Positions 13,790 to 27,019 of a stretch of 64,000 nucleotides of DNA are shown piece after piece. The DNA is from Sphyrna mokarran (taxonomy: Eukaryota). The notes beneath the pieces were generated by a model. It made no database searches and had not been told where the DNA came from. It worked only from the letters and a program-made list of their open reading frames with translations. The DNA lies in the NCBI GenBank assembly GCA_024679065.1, contig JAGIQG010000009.1, positions 100,068,001-100,132,000 on the forward strand. Reading direction: 5' to 3'. Each line of letters begins with the position of its first letter. Within the stretch, counting starts at the first letter, position 1. The position numbers and the translations under genes were made by a program.

Positions 13790-14690
13790 GGTGTGAAGAA
13801 ACGAATGGACGTAGGCTTGGAATGGCCAGTCTGCAACATTCGGTCGAGGACAGTTCTTTCAACTGGAAGATCAGCAAGTTTCGGGCGGACCAAAGTGCGT
13901 CCTTTACCGAGTTGATGATCTTCCAGCAGCAGTTCATATTTGTCTCGGTATTCGTATCCGGAAACAGCCCGTAGAGCACAGAATCCTGCGTCACCGAGCT
14001 GCTCAGGACGAACCTCGACAAATACCACCTCATCTCACTCCAGACCTTCTTTGTAAAGGCACATTCCACAAGGAGGTGTGCGACCGTCTCATCAGCCCCG
14101 CAGCCGCTTCTAGGGCAGATTGCGGTGCTGTTCAGACCTCGAGCGTGCAGGAAGGATCTGACGGAGAGTGCCCTTCTCACCACCAGCCAAGCCAGATCTT
14201 GATGCTTGTTTGTAAGTTCTGGTGATGAGGCGTTCTGCCAAATGTTACTGACTGTCTGCTCAGGGAACCATTCGACAGGATCCGCCACCTCCTTTTCTCT
14301 CAGGGCCGCAAAGACGTTACGCGTTAACCACTGCTTAATCGCCATGTGATCAAAGATGTGTTTGCGGAAAAAAATCTCCACGAAGGATAGGTACGGCCTG
14401 GACTGTGGTACGGTCCAACGACTCGGAGCGTTCCGCGGCAGTGTGGCCAGTCCTATCCTTCGCAACACTCGGGACAGGAAGAACCTCAAGAAGTAGTCGC
14501 ACTTGTTTTTATTGTACCGAAGATCTACGCACAGTTTATGCAGCCACACACGAGGGTGGTCATCAGGATGAGGGCAGCGTTCGGAACATTTTTTCCCTCC
14601 GTTCCCTGGAGATTTGTGCATAGCGTCCTCCGGACGCGATCCTTCTTTGATCTCCAGATAAATTTAAAGATATCCTGCGTCCATCTTGGT
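13790..14690 (-). mobile_element. L1-group (Tx1-like) non-LTR retrotransposon ORF2 C-terminal fragment
   Basis: ORF 13770-14621 contains WQNASSPELTNKHQDLAWLVVRRAL and a CCHC knuckle CPRSGC-x4-TVAHLLVEC (zf-RVT type), followed by LWSARN. Confidence 0.85.
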
Positions 14691-14799
14691 AGAGAATGTT
14701 AAAGTGGATGAGTGCAACTAGGACACAGTCAACACACTTATCATCATGCAGTACAAAACATCCCGTTGTTTTGCTACCTATTCCGCAAGCGTTCGTTCA

Positions 14800-15115
14800 C
14801 TCCACCATGGAAAATTGAGGCAGCCATGTGTCACATCTACATAGCTGCACTGCAGGATGTCTTCAACTTCCCTTGGTGGCACCTTCCAAACTTACGACTT
14901 CTATCATCTTGACAGTCAGGAGTGAAAAATAGTTGCAAAGAGCAACAATGGGATGTTCTCTCTCAGTCTGTCACTATATTGACTGAGAATTGTATTGCCT
15001 TTCCTTCAGAATGATTGTATTTACATGCAGCAATTCCACCATAACTATATTGTCAGTGCGCTTGCTCCTAAGTTACCTTCAAATTCTGAGTGCAGTTCAC
15101 CGTGGCAGTAGTATG
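14800..15115 (+). mobile_element. Decayed CR1/L2-group LINE 3' fragment
   Basis: catctacatagctgcactgcag...gcaccttccaaac...ctatcatct, homologous to ~1530-1860 and antisense to 7745-8110. Confidence 0.55.
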
Positions 15116-15155
15116 CACAACATTTAAGGGGTAACGAGTGCTGCTTCGGCTACCA

Positions 15156-15181
15156 ACACACACACACACACACACACACAC
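15156..15181 (+). repeat. (AC)n microsatellite
   Basis: Read directly from the sequence. Confidence 0.95.
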
Positions 15182-17379
15182 CCTCGATAGCTTCAGACTC
15201 TAGCCATCCTTCTTTTTGTTTCATAAATTCAGTGTTCACAAATGCACAACCTTATCTGGCAGATAGTTCCGCAGATTCACACACCTAAGAGAGAAATATT
15301 GCTTCTCGCCTCACTCCTAAATGGCTAATATTTTACATGAGAATGTTCCGCAAAGGAAACTAAGTGCCCAAAAATTAGAAAACGAGAGGTTTTTCTGCCC
15401 GTCTTTTGAACGTACGACATGCAACGAAGCCCTCTCTTCCAGAGACTTCATCAGAGAGATTAACTCCGGTAAATTTATTAACAATGTACTAATGACCATG
15501 GAATCTTTGGCGATTGTCGAAAAAAAATCACTAACATCTTTTAGGAAAGAAAGTCTGAAGTGGCTTCCTAGTCCGGCCTATGTGTGACTTTAGAGCAGCA
15601 GAAATGTGTTTGATTCTGAAATACCCACCAATGCCAATGAGAGGAGAGGGTGTTGGGGGGAAAATACATATCCTGTCAATGAGTAAATCATATTGTGAGT
15701 CGGGGCCTTATCCCGTAAAAAAGAGGTCGGCAGCATAATGCTAAGTACGCAAATGGGCTTGTGCCGGTCTGTCATCGCTAGCATACCAATCAACTCACCC
15801 CACCCCACGCTTTCCCCCGGAATAGCCAGTTCAATCAATAAGACAACATTCCACGTCTCACCACGCAATCCATCCTGTCCGAGTCGAGCTAGAGGGTCCT
15901 CATTGATATCTCCGGTCTTGCTATTCTAATGGTGATGCGCAGCGGCCCAGTGAAGCCCCCTCAAATGTTTCCTGGCCTATCTTGAAGCCACAGCCGTGAG
16001 CGGCGAGGAGTGGGTGATGGCAGCCCAATGGCGTGGTACAAACCTCTATTACCTTTCTTTTCAATAGCCACAGTATCATGATTGGCGTTTTCTACATTCC
16101 TGTACATCAAACATCGCGTTCTGAGTCATACTGGAACTCTTTCTTTCCTATTTTGAGATATGTCATGCGTCTTTCGTCCGCTCTATGGTGCCTTCTGACC
16201 CTGTGCATTGTCTTGTTTGTTTGGCAAGTATGTGTGGAATACTACAGTTTTATTGAGAACGTTCTTTCAAAATACACGAACTGTTCTTGTCTTTCAGATT
16301 TGACATGTGTTTCCTAAGTTTAATTTTATGCACCCTGTGTGTCTTCTGAGGTCGAAAAAATGATTTCTCCCATCTAAAGATCTCCACAGACTGACGAGTA
16401 AATATTTAAAACGAAACAAAAACGTAGTAAAGTCCAAATGCAGAGAAAAGCCAATCAACTTTACCTAAGACGGAAGTTTCTTTTTTTCCCAATAGCCAGA
16501 GTCAGCATCGTGATATGGTCAGCAATAATTTACTGTCCTGATTTGATTCCCGCGGTCACCCTTAAGCGATCTGAAATGGACAGTCAAAGTTCAGGTGTCG
16601 AGAACTGGGTGGAGTTGCAAGGAGAAATTTTGATATCAGCTCCCTACAATCTCCTCCGTCTTTTCGTTTCCCTCTTCATCTTATCGTTTCCGAGCAATGA
16701 CATATCGGCAATATCTGCTCAGCTGCTTTACAGTGCGAAACATCTTCTGATTTTATTGATTTGCGGAAACCTCCTCATCCTCCTGCATTCATTTTATGTT
16801 CCAGTGTGCATAAAAATCGAATTGATTGTTCAACCCACTACAGTGTTTCATACTGGCAGCAGAGTGCATGGTTACACAGCACTTATCTGAATGCATTTCC
16901 GAAGCCAGCAAATCACATATCGCCATGCATGAAACTGAATAAAACGTGTACTGTCATAGTTCTAACAGAGTTTTGATGAAATGTTTCAATTTTCAGACGC
17001 TCTGACAGAAAAAAAAAGCGGATGGGCAATTATATTTAAAAAGTTAAAGCAAATTTAAAACGAATAACTGTTATATCACGTTAAAATATCGACAGTACAA
17101 TAGTATACCACATAATATGAACTGATCTCTCGCAGCTTTTAATGCACGTGTGTAATTTAATTTCGTCCAGGTTCATCCTAACTTCCAATAGCCATGGGAT
17201 TTCTGATGATATTTGACGTTTCGATAGGTTTGGCAATACATTGGTCAAACTGGTCTGAAACAATTACTTCCTTAATGGTGCCGCACTTTCTCGGGATTTT
17301 ATTCATAGAAGGTGTTGTGAATCACAAAGTTAGATTAGAGGAAGGATAATAAATTCATTGAAAAATAGAGTCATATAAT

Positions 17380-17610
17380 CCATATAGTGCATAAGCAGGG
17401 TGTTGTTTCATCCAGTCTGCACCGACAACAATCCACCATTGTCTTATCCTCATGATCTTACATATTTATCCTACTAATCCGTTCAGACTAACGGAGCATT
17501 TACCATGCCGAAACAACATAGCATGCACATTTTTGGACAGTGGGAGGAAATCACAGCTCCCAGAGGAAAACCACGCAGATTTGCGGACAGCGTGCAAGCT
17601 CCACAAAACA
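17380..17610 (-). mobile_element. HE1-type V-SINE fragment
   Basis: ttggacagtgggaggaaa...gaggaaaaccacgcag...gtgcaagctccaca is the reverse complement of the V-domain; head missing. Confidence 0.75.
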
Positions 17611-19536
17611 TTACATAATTGCATGACATAACGTCCCAGTGAAATATTGTGCTAACGTTTGCCTTGTCTATTTTGGTTTTTGTCCTATATGTGTCGTATA
17701 TCAGAAAGTATGCTGTACGAGCGTCAATCAGGTTACATCATTTTTTTTCCTTGTTTTCTATTTAATTTATGCCACACTATAGCAATATAAAGAACATGGC
17801 TGCTGGTAGACGTCGAGTTATTCCAAATGCGGAAAAGAAGAATTGAAAAAAAATACAGTCAATTGAAATTAAAATGTAATAAAATGCGAGGGAAGATTGA
17901 TGTTTCAGGCTTTGTGCTATGAATTTTACATAAACAAGTGTCTATTCCATTACAAACTTAACAACAATACGTTACATTAGAGATATATTTACTTGAAATA
18001 ATGCCCGCAGGAATATTTAGGCTTAACTAGGCTTATCCAGTTCTTTCTCCATTTAGTTAATTGTTTTCAGAGATATGAGTTTTCAGAAACGTGCATGAAG
18101 TCGCATAAGTGGATTGAACAAATTATAAACACAATCTAGAGTCAGTTAACACGCCCGAGAGACAATTCTCATTGAGGTTACTTCTGAGACAAACAAATCC
18201 GTTTTCTTTTTCTAGGGCGCACTTTCATTAGAGGCACGACTTTCTGGGGGGCGGGGGGGAATCAAACTTTCGAACTGTTGGCTGAGATTTCACAAAGGGA
18301 CAGACACATGGATTAAATAGTATCATATGCTGTTTTTCCCCTTTGATCTTCAATTATCAGATGAAGCACCTTGTGAAGACGACATTTATTACTTTGAATT
18401 AGAATTTTAGATTGTAACTGCAACGTTCACAAATTCCTCGCTCTGTAACCCTCCAAAACGTATTCAAAGCCATTTTATTGCATTCCTCAATGTTATCAAC
18501 ATCAAAGTGCTGCCGTCATCTTTAAGTCACTTTGATCATTTTACCTTCAGTAAGATAAAACACGAACACATTCAAATGACTTTTCGAGCGACGTGTTCCC
18601 TAATGTGCTTCACTATGTCATCCATTGTATTACAATGTATAGTGGATAACACGTTTCCACAGTGATTAGAACGGTTGCCTCGTAGGGAGATGTACTCAGT
18701 TCCATTCCCGTCCTATGTCACTGCTTGTGCACAGTTTCGGCATTTTCCTCGTGTCTGAGTCGGCAAAATTATTGGTTCGATGGATTGTTCAGGCTGAAAA
18801 TTCGCTCTTTATATAAGAGCAGGCGCCGTAGTGTGGCAATTAGGGGATTATCAAAATAATTTTATTGTAGTGGTAATTAAAGACGACTTGTGATACAAAT
18901 AAATAAAATAAAATACGCTCCATCTCTAGTTTACGAGTAGTTATTGTATTAGTGCTAACATTATACGAAAATTTCCAGAAACTCCGAAATCCTGCCGTCA
19001 GCAGACTCTGCAGACTCCTGAAGGACGCTGACGGTGTATTTTTCTTTTTGCCTTGCGGGTTTCGCTGATATTCCAGAAAAAAAGAAAGCGGGAAATAGAT
19101 CACAAATCTCAAGAGGCACATATTTGCTGACCCTCTGACAAATTGTTGAAGATTTTTATGAACTACTGTTTCCCCGTTTCTGTAAGATACTCTGCATCCA
19201 AGTACATTTTGCTGGGTTACACACCACCTTCTTTTATTGTCGGTTGTGCAAAAGCTTCTCCTTGTTTGCTTTTGCTTAAAGCTAATCATACACTTGCTGA
19301 AAACAATTTAAATCAATTCCAAAACTTGCACCAATATTAACAGATACATTGCCAAAATGGCACCAACAAAATCTTTTTGTTTGTTTGTTTTTTATTTGAT
19401 GCATTGCTGAGATAATAAAGAATGTGAATACAGAAAAATAATCAAAGCAATTTGGCTATTGACGGTAGAAAATAAGCATGGACAGATAAACGATGGACTC
19501 CAAAATAGCGTCATCATTGCAAAATGAATATTTTAC

Positions 19537-19563
19537 CAAATTCATTCCTTGGCATTTGGTCTT
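19537..19563 (-). CDS. Candidate 27-nt microexon, phase-1 peptide EDQMPRNEF
   Basis: Minus strand: gtatttttcAG|AAGACCAAATGCCAAGGAATGAATTTG|GTAAAA; 27 nt. Confidence 0.55.
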
Positions 19564-19864
19564 CTGAAAAATACACCCAAAATACATTAAGGGTAAAGGC
19601 TGTTTTCAATAAATGCTGACAGATATGTCTACTCGGCATTTACCAAACGCCGAATATGCCAAATTCCATAAAGTTTTGTCGTATTATTCTGGAAACTCCT
19701 TACAACCAACGGAATGGATATTGATGTATTTAACCTAATTGCGCTATTTTAAAATTTATTTTTTATTCGACTGCAATCATGGATTTTTTTTTTAAATGTG
19801 CCGATCAAATGGCACTTGTATTACCAATTTTGTGACTACGTTCAACATGTCAGTTGAATACTTC

Positions 19865-20866
19865 AATTGATTGTCATTTATATTAATAATTTGAATGAGC
19901 ATAGAGGGGACATGGTGAATAAGTTTGCCAATGATAACAATATTGGTGGCATAGTGATCAGTGGAGAAAGTTATCTCCAATTGCAACGAGTTCTTGATCT
20001 TCCGGGCCAGCGGGCTGACGTTTGGCAGATGGAGCTTAATTTAGATGTTTTTTTTGGTTGATTGAACCACGGCAGAACTTACTTAATTAACCGTAGGGCG
20101 TTAGGGAGAGTTAATGAACAAAAAGACCTAAGGGTACATATTCATAGCTCCTTGAAAGAAAGGGTGGGGGGGGGGGGGGGGGGGGGAGTCACAGGCAGAC
20201 AGATTGGCGAAGAAGGTATTCAGCATACTTGGTTTCATCGGTCAGAAAATTGAATACGGGATTTGGAAAGTCGTGTTGTTGAAGTAGAAGAAATTGATAA
20301 GGCCACACTTGGAATACTGTGTACAGTTCTTGTCACCATATTAGAGAAAGTGCGTTATTAATAGAAAAACTGCAGAGAGAGAAAAAAAAACTAGGATGCT
20401 ACTCGGACTTGACTGTTTGAATTATAAAACAAGGCTGGATAGACTGGGACTGTTTTTTTCCCTCTGGAACGTAGAAGGCTGAGGGGCGATCTTACAGAGG
20501 TCTATAAAATAATGTGGTGCACAGATCAGCTTGATAGTCAATATTTTTTTCCCCAAAGTTAGGGGAGTCTAAAGCAAAAGGACATAGATTTAAGTTGAGA
20601 TGGGAAAGATACTAAAGTGTCCAGAGGAGTATTGTTTTCACACAAAGGGCGGTGAGAGTCTGGAACAAGCTGTCAGGCTCGTGGGTGGGTACAATTTTCT
20701 ATTAAAAAAAAATACATTTAAACAGTTACTTTTTAGCAAGATGGGTATAGAGAGATATGGGCCAAATGCAGGAATTGGGATTAGTTTAGGGATTTAGATA
20801 AAAAGGATGACATGTAACAAATTAGGCCGAAAGGCCTATTTCAATGCTGTGAGCTTCTATGACTTT
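19865..20866 (+). mobile_element. Decayed CR1 3' fragment
   Basis: FVIYINDL/KFADD remnants (IVIYINNL...NKFANDNNIGG), aggccacacttggaatactgtgtacagttct, and tail ggccgaaaggcct...tgctgt...ttctatgact. Confidence 0.85.
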
Positions 20867-21197
20867 AGTGCGTTCTGAATCGCTTGTTAACTCTTTGTTA
20901 GCAATATAATCACTGCCATTCTGAGGGAATTTTATAATTCAAACAGTCAAGTCCGAGTAGCATCCTAGTTTTTTTTCTCTCTCTGCAGTTTTTCTATTAA
21001 TAACGCACTTTCTCTAATATGGTGACAAGAACTGTACACAGTATTCCAAGTGTGGCCTTATCAATTTCTTCTACTTCAACAACACGACTTTCCAAATCCC
21101 GTATTCAATTTTCTGACCGATGAAACCAAGTATGCTGAATACCTTCTTCGCCAATCTGTCTGCCTGTGACTAACCCCCCCCCCCCCACCCCCACCCT
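20161..21197. repeat. Near-perfect ~268-bp inverted repeat (20161-20429 / 20930-21197), ~500-bp spacer
   Basis: 20930-21171 is the reverse complement of 20187-20429 apart from homopolymer length; both arms end in G/C runs. Confidence 0.92.
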
Positions 21198-22176
21198 CAT
21201 ACATTCTGTATCGGCTACAGTTTACAACGAGCTACAATATATTCGGCAGGGAAAACATGATTCAACCAAGAAAATTAATTTGACAACGATGGCTTTCCCA
21301 CAACAAGCACGCTCCACTGGTGTGTTACATTTCCCACCGCAGATGGGCGGGAGACCCTGTCGGAATTTGTGCTCAACCCTTCCCAATGTCTGATGTTGTG
21401 CTCCTGGCATCCTCAGTTAAAACAGGCGGATTTTAAAACAATGGAACAATGGGAAGCTATCAGACTCACTTCCCAAGTGGAGTTAAGAGGTCAGTGCTTT
21501 GGTAGCTGAAGCAGGGGACCTGTGCAGATTTCTAATGAGAACCAACAGGAATAAATATGATGCAAAAATATTAAAAGGGGTTAGAAAAGTGGTTAAAATA
21601 GATGTACACGTTCGCTATCTCTACTTGGCAAACAACACTCGGTGCAATTGAACTCGCCTCACTATCCCAAACCTCTAACCTCGGTCTGCCAATGATCCAC
21701 ATCATAGGTTAAGCCAAGCTTGTTTGCAACGCTTCATTGTATGCGATTATTCTGTCCGGCATCCTCTGCGGCGCCACGGCCGAAAATTCCCGTTTTTTTT
21801 TTGGAGGGGGAGGGTGAGGTGGGGTACTGGGCAGTGTTTTTGTCATTCTCTACGGTGAGCGACTTTGGAACTGGAACGGTTAAATCAATTATGGAGTCAG
21901 ATATCCCATAACCTGTCGGCTGGAAGGCCCGGACGTAAAAAAAAACAACCTCTATGCTTCTCTGGTGTGCTGAATAGAATCTGACATTTTCTTTCGGAAG
22001 GTGGAGCAGTTGCAGTAAAGTATCGTTGCCCTGTAATCATCTAGGTCCCTGACCTAGATGTACTCAAGTGCCTGCACCACGCAGTTCATATTCTTCAGCA
22101 CGGAACTTCAACTGCGTGCAGCAGCCTCGAAGTGTCGAGCTCAATGCGGCAGCACGCAGAAACGGCCATCTCCGAC

Positions 22177-22515
22177 TTTTTTTTTCCATTCATGGAACGT
22201 GGGCGTCACTGACTGGCGAAAATTTATTATCCAACCCTAGTTACCCAAAGACAGATGAGTGGCAAACACGCTGCTGTGGCTCTGGAGTCACGTGCATATC
22301 AGAGCGGATATGGGCGCAATTTTCCTTACTTAAACGAAATTAATGAACGAGTTGAATTTTTTGGACAATCAACAACGTTTTCATGGGCATAAGCAGATAC
22401 TTAACTCCATAGGTTTGTTCTTATATTCAAAATCCAATAGTTGCGTTGGCGGGTCTAGTACCCGTGAGCTTCGAAGTAAAGCTGAGTTTCAGGTTTCATC
22501 ACATTGCGGTAATGC
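22177..22515 (-). mobile_element. tRNA-derived SINE, SacSINE1/DeuSINE-like, decayed
   Basis: Poly-T, then attcatggaacgtgggcgtcactg...tttatt...ccctagttaccc (tail shared with the LINE at 1875-1937) and core gctgtggctctggagtcac; family name recalled from consensus, not searched. Confidence 0.65.
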
Positions 22516-23809
22516 CACTGGGGCATCACATGCCTGAAGGGCTGGCTTAAACGTAAGATGTTGGAATTTATCTCGTTATCTTCGCGATCTGAGGAGCAAT
22601 GCGAATATCTGTTTTTGATCTTTCACTCGGAGGTCCAGATCTAAAGACATGTCAAATTACTGCGGCGCATCAGATGTTGTCTAGTTGATCTCTAAATGCC
22701 ACATCACTGTCTTGGCTTGTTTCTTTTTCTCTCTATTGATACTGTGGTATGTCTCTGAACTGGGTAAGAATGTGACAGGTTGCGGTCACTTTTCTTCAGG
22801 TTGCACTGCTGTGAATTCGGCAGATCGTACGTCTGGCCTACTCTAGTATTGGAAGGCAGATATGTTGAGCACATGGGAATGACACAGTTGGGGAAGTGAT
22901 AGCCTTCTCGCGTGTTTCAAAAGCCCTCACTTGCTTTTCTCTTACACATTACCAACTAAACAAAAAACGGGCTGTGTCGCTCGGCGACAAACATTGCGCT
23001 TTTCTCAGACTCATGAGTTGTTTCAAATCGATCATCTCTCCGCCCGTTCCGTGCCTCTCCCGCCTACAGGTAGCGCTCCTTTCCTTCAAGGGAACAGATG
23101 AAGAGAGTGTAAGGCGTCCGTGAGACAAATGGGCGTCCGTGAGTGGGTGAGCAGATTACAATCAGACTCGTGACTTACCCTAGATTAGGGGAGGTGGTCA
23201 TTTATCCCCTACCTGCAATACACTGTCGAACTCGTCAGCGGAAAGTTGACACTTAACAGCTCTCCGAAAATACCGATGCTGTGTTAGTGACATTTCCGGA
23301 ATGCCCTTTCCCTGGCCTATGGTAAAGTTTCCAGAAGATGCTCCCCATGCCATTCAGCATTCAGACCAGTTGCTGGCTTCAATGCTTCTGTGCGGCCTTC
23401 TGTGCAGGCATCGTCTTTTTTGGATTAGCAATAAACGCTGGGAAGGCATTTATGTGGAACTCCCCAGTGATCGAAACATCCAGCCTGAAGGCAGGCCAGA
23501 GAATCAGAGTCTATGTGCGTGGCCTGAAACCAAGGAACTATGCTGGATCGGGTTGAATGTTGCATAATGGAACATCGAAACGAATGGATGCGGCTTGCTA
23601 CGACAGTGGAAGCACATGATGCAACATATCAGGTATCCCGATCGATGACAATACAAAGCTAGTCTTTTCAAATTGTTTGTGATGAGAAACATGTTAATAT
23701 GCATGCACGGTTTCTGATCGTCATCCACTTGAAGTCAGCCACACTTCAAGTCTTCAGTTCTTTCATTGCAAGGGTTTCTATCATTCGAAATGGCTGAAAT
23801 GTTAGTAAT

Positions 23810-24085
23810 AACATCCCAGTTTTAGACACGTCATTCCATACGTGGCACCCTATTCCATACCCTAAACACTTTGAGTAAAGAATCTACTTCCCCCCTGTAT
23901 CTCCCGCCATGAACTTTATTAGCTATGCTCCCTAGTAATAATTACATCCACCCGAAGACACGATCTTTGCACGCCCACTCTATCAATTCCGCTCATCTTC
24001 TTATAAACCTCCATCAAGTCGCCACACATCTTCGTCTGTTCTAAAGAACAAAGTCAAAGCTCCCTCAATTTTTCCTCATCTTTAT
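23810..24085 (-). mobile_element. Decayed CR1 3' fragment
   Basis: ttataaacctccatcaagtcgcc...ctgttctaaaga is a remnant of LFSLE-x-RRLRGDL-x-EVYK. Confidence 0.6.
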
Positions 24086-24516
24086 TTCGCATCTGCATTT
24101 ATTTGGAGAATATAAGGGCCGCAGTAAAACATGAACTTTAGTTGATAATCTGAAAGACGTGAACATCGTCGATATTATCAAGTGTTTATTCCAGTATTTA
24201 ACTATTCATTCATTAAACAATTCAAAACATATTGGAATCTGAAATGGTTGCGCTGAATTACATGAATTGAATCAACTATTTCTAAATTGAACGGATGTCC
24301 CAATGACACACAATGTAGATAGCACATAAAACATTGAGGATGGAGCCTAGTGCAAGAAATAATACAAAATACATACTACGCTCAAGAATACAATATGCAT
24401 TAGTTTTGCTGTCGCCACAGTAAAGCAATCCTTCCAGAATGTTAAGAATGGTAATAAGATAAAATGAGTTTAGTATAACGAGAGTGACGTGATTAATTGA
24501 CTTATCCTTGTTTAAC

Positions 24517-24543
24517 CTGAACTTATTACTGGCCGCACTCGCT
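24517..24543 (-). CDS. Array microexon, terminal divergent copy (ERVRPVISS)
   Basis: gAG|AGCGAGTGCGGCCAGTAATAAGTTCAG|GTTAAA; positionally homologous, 27 nt, weak acceptor. Confidence 0.35.
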
Positions 24544-25184
24544 CTCCTCAAGCAGACGCGTGAAATCATTACTCCTTTCAAAGCTGTAAGCACGTCACAA
24601 ATCCATAGATATTTCAAATGACTGGCCATTGATTTTGGTCATACCTAAAAGAAAAATCGTATTTTTGGAAAGAAGCGCCCTGTATTCTCAAACTATTATC
24701 ACTTCAACGTTTATTTTAGATTTCCAGAAGCTGCAATATTTTGTTTTTAAATTTCCCTTAGTTGTTTTCGAGTATTGTTGGAGCTACACATATCAACTAT
24801 AACGCTTATACAGCTGTTGTAGTGCATTATATGGTCAAGAACAGCCCCAAGAATGCAATAACTGTGGATTCAGCGATTATATTGCCAATGAATCTCAATG
24901 GATGGAGACTATGTGTTTTCTCTTCTTGAAGCAGACGTTAACCTCGCAATACTGTGGGGCGAGTGTTAATTTTCAATTGTCAGCCAAAGAGAGCAAACTC
25001 AGGAAAACGTGAATTTCCCTTGGTCATGTTGAAAATCTTGATAATTGTGGACGAATACCATCTTGTGTATTGAATATAGCGAATGACTCATTCAACAATA
25101 CAATCGTATTATATAGTAACTGGTAGAGCAGCACTTTGGAGTGATTACAGCCAATTAGCGCAAACATTTGTAGTGGTTCTGTAA

Positions 25185-25625
25185 GGTCAGTCATCTCAGA
25201 AGGAATCCCTCAGGGTAGTTTTCTAGCCCCAACAGCCTTCAGCTGTTTCATGAATGTCCTTCAGATGTTGGGATGTTCGATGAAGATTGTACAACGTTCA
25301 GCAAAATTGGCGACTGCTCAGATACCCAGCCCATGTTCACACGCAACAAGGTCTGAAAAATATCCAACCTGGGACTGACAAGTGGCAAAGCACTTTCACG
25401 CCTCACAATTTCCACCCTTTAGCAATCACCAATGAAAAATACTCTAACCATAGTCCCTAGACTTTCAATGGTATTTCTATCAGTGATTCCCCCACCGCCA
25501 AAATGCTTAGGGTTACCATTAATTAGAAACTCAACTGGCTCACCACATAAACACAGTGACTACAAGAGCAGGTTAGCGGTTGGAAATAGTGCGACGAGTG
25601 ACAGACCGCTCAACTCCACAATGGC
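25185..25625 (+). mobile_element. CR1/L2-group LINE RT fragment inserted in the array
   Basis: ggaatccctcagggtagttttctagcccca ([10 protein letters not shown]-like) and gacaagtggcaa (DKWQ); opposite orientation to the LINE relic inside the units. Confidence 0.8.
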
Positions 25626-26372
25626 AGCTTGAGGCTATTCAGGCTCACTACTTAAAAATAGATTGTCGGTGGATGGTAGATTCATTTTGTGGAGATGCCA
25701 AATGGAGCAAGAAGTGATTAATTTGGGACTTCCGAGACTCTAATCTGCTGTTCTAGCCACATTATTTACATTATTGCACTGTTCAGTTTCTGTTCAGGAT
25801 GGACCACATTTTTTTTTTACCTTGGAGAATTCAGCAATTGTGTTGCAACGTTGTTTCAATGGATGGCGGTTCTGCATTTGGCTTCTTGGATTGAACCATA
25901 ATTCTGTGGCCAAACGCTACTTGTCAATTGTCAGGTCAAACTGGGATTTGTTTTTTTGCTAATACACTTGAAAATCTTGATCATCTCAGACAAATAGGTC
26001 ACTTCGATACAGTTTGTGACCACTCACTCATTGTATTTTGTTTTTTTTTTGTTAGCAGGAATGGTCCAGCAAAACTGCAATAATTATAGTCAACTGAATC
26101 AAGCATTTGTAAATTGAACAGATAGATCAGCTAGACAGAATAACTGGGTTAATCATTCTACAAATCAATTGAAGCTAGCGTCAAGTGCAATTGAAGTCAA
26201 TACCACTAAAAACAAAAATTTTACGAGTCGAGATAGAGGCAAAGTGCAACATATTTTTGTATTGTAGATGCCTTATTTAAAAATAGCATCCAAAATATTA
26301 AGGGTGACATTGAGACACATTGTGTTTAGTAGAAGAAGAGATGTACGCAAAGTTGACCTCTCCATATGTCAC

Positions 26373-26399
26373 CTGATCTTCTGGACATCTGGTCTTGAT
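26373..26399 (-). CDS. Array microexon (xQDQMSRRS)
   Basis: cAG|ATCAAGACCAGATGTCCAGAAGATCAG|GTGACA. Confidence 0.5.
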
Positions 26400-27019
26400 C
26401 TGTTCAAATGGATAAGTACAACTAATTAAACTTTCCAAACCTCTCAACATACGACTGAACCTGAGAAAATTTCATTGACCTTAATCAACATTCGTTTTCT
26501 TTTCAGAAAGCCAAAATCCGCTCAAAATTCTAAAATATTTGCTCTTAATTGAAAAAAAAATACATTTAGAACACTGCTTCCAGTGTAGCCAAAGTTAAAT
26601 TGTTGTCATGGGAATCTAATGAAAAACAATGATGTGAACTTGCAAAACGCTGTTTATTTTCTGCCCCCGAACCCGCCACCATCCCCCCCCCCCTCTCCGT
26701 TTTGTCGGTTAATGGCGTGTGCATTATATTAGGAATCCCTCCTTTTGCTAAAGAAAACATGAAATCATACGCTCTTTGTGCACATTTGTGAGAAGTTGTA
26801 TTTGCAGGCTGTACCAAAAAAAAAATGCTCATCAGAAGGTGAATCTCACCTGCATCTATAAAACCCGGCAGACCATACAATGTACATATAGCCAAGTTAC
26901 TGATAATGAGTGTATTCTATGATTTTGGCACAGCAAAATTAATAGCACGAAAATGTCATTTTTTCTGCATGGGATGAGGTGGGGCATGTAGGGGGCTGAG
27001 GTGGTGGCGGCGGTGGGGT

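Noticed and set aside
23179-23212. 34-nt segment with a perfect GTAAGT donor on the minus strand
   Set aside because: Weak acceptor, not a multiple of 3, immediate stop in phase 1; cannot be supported without RNA data
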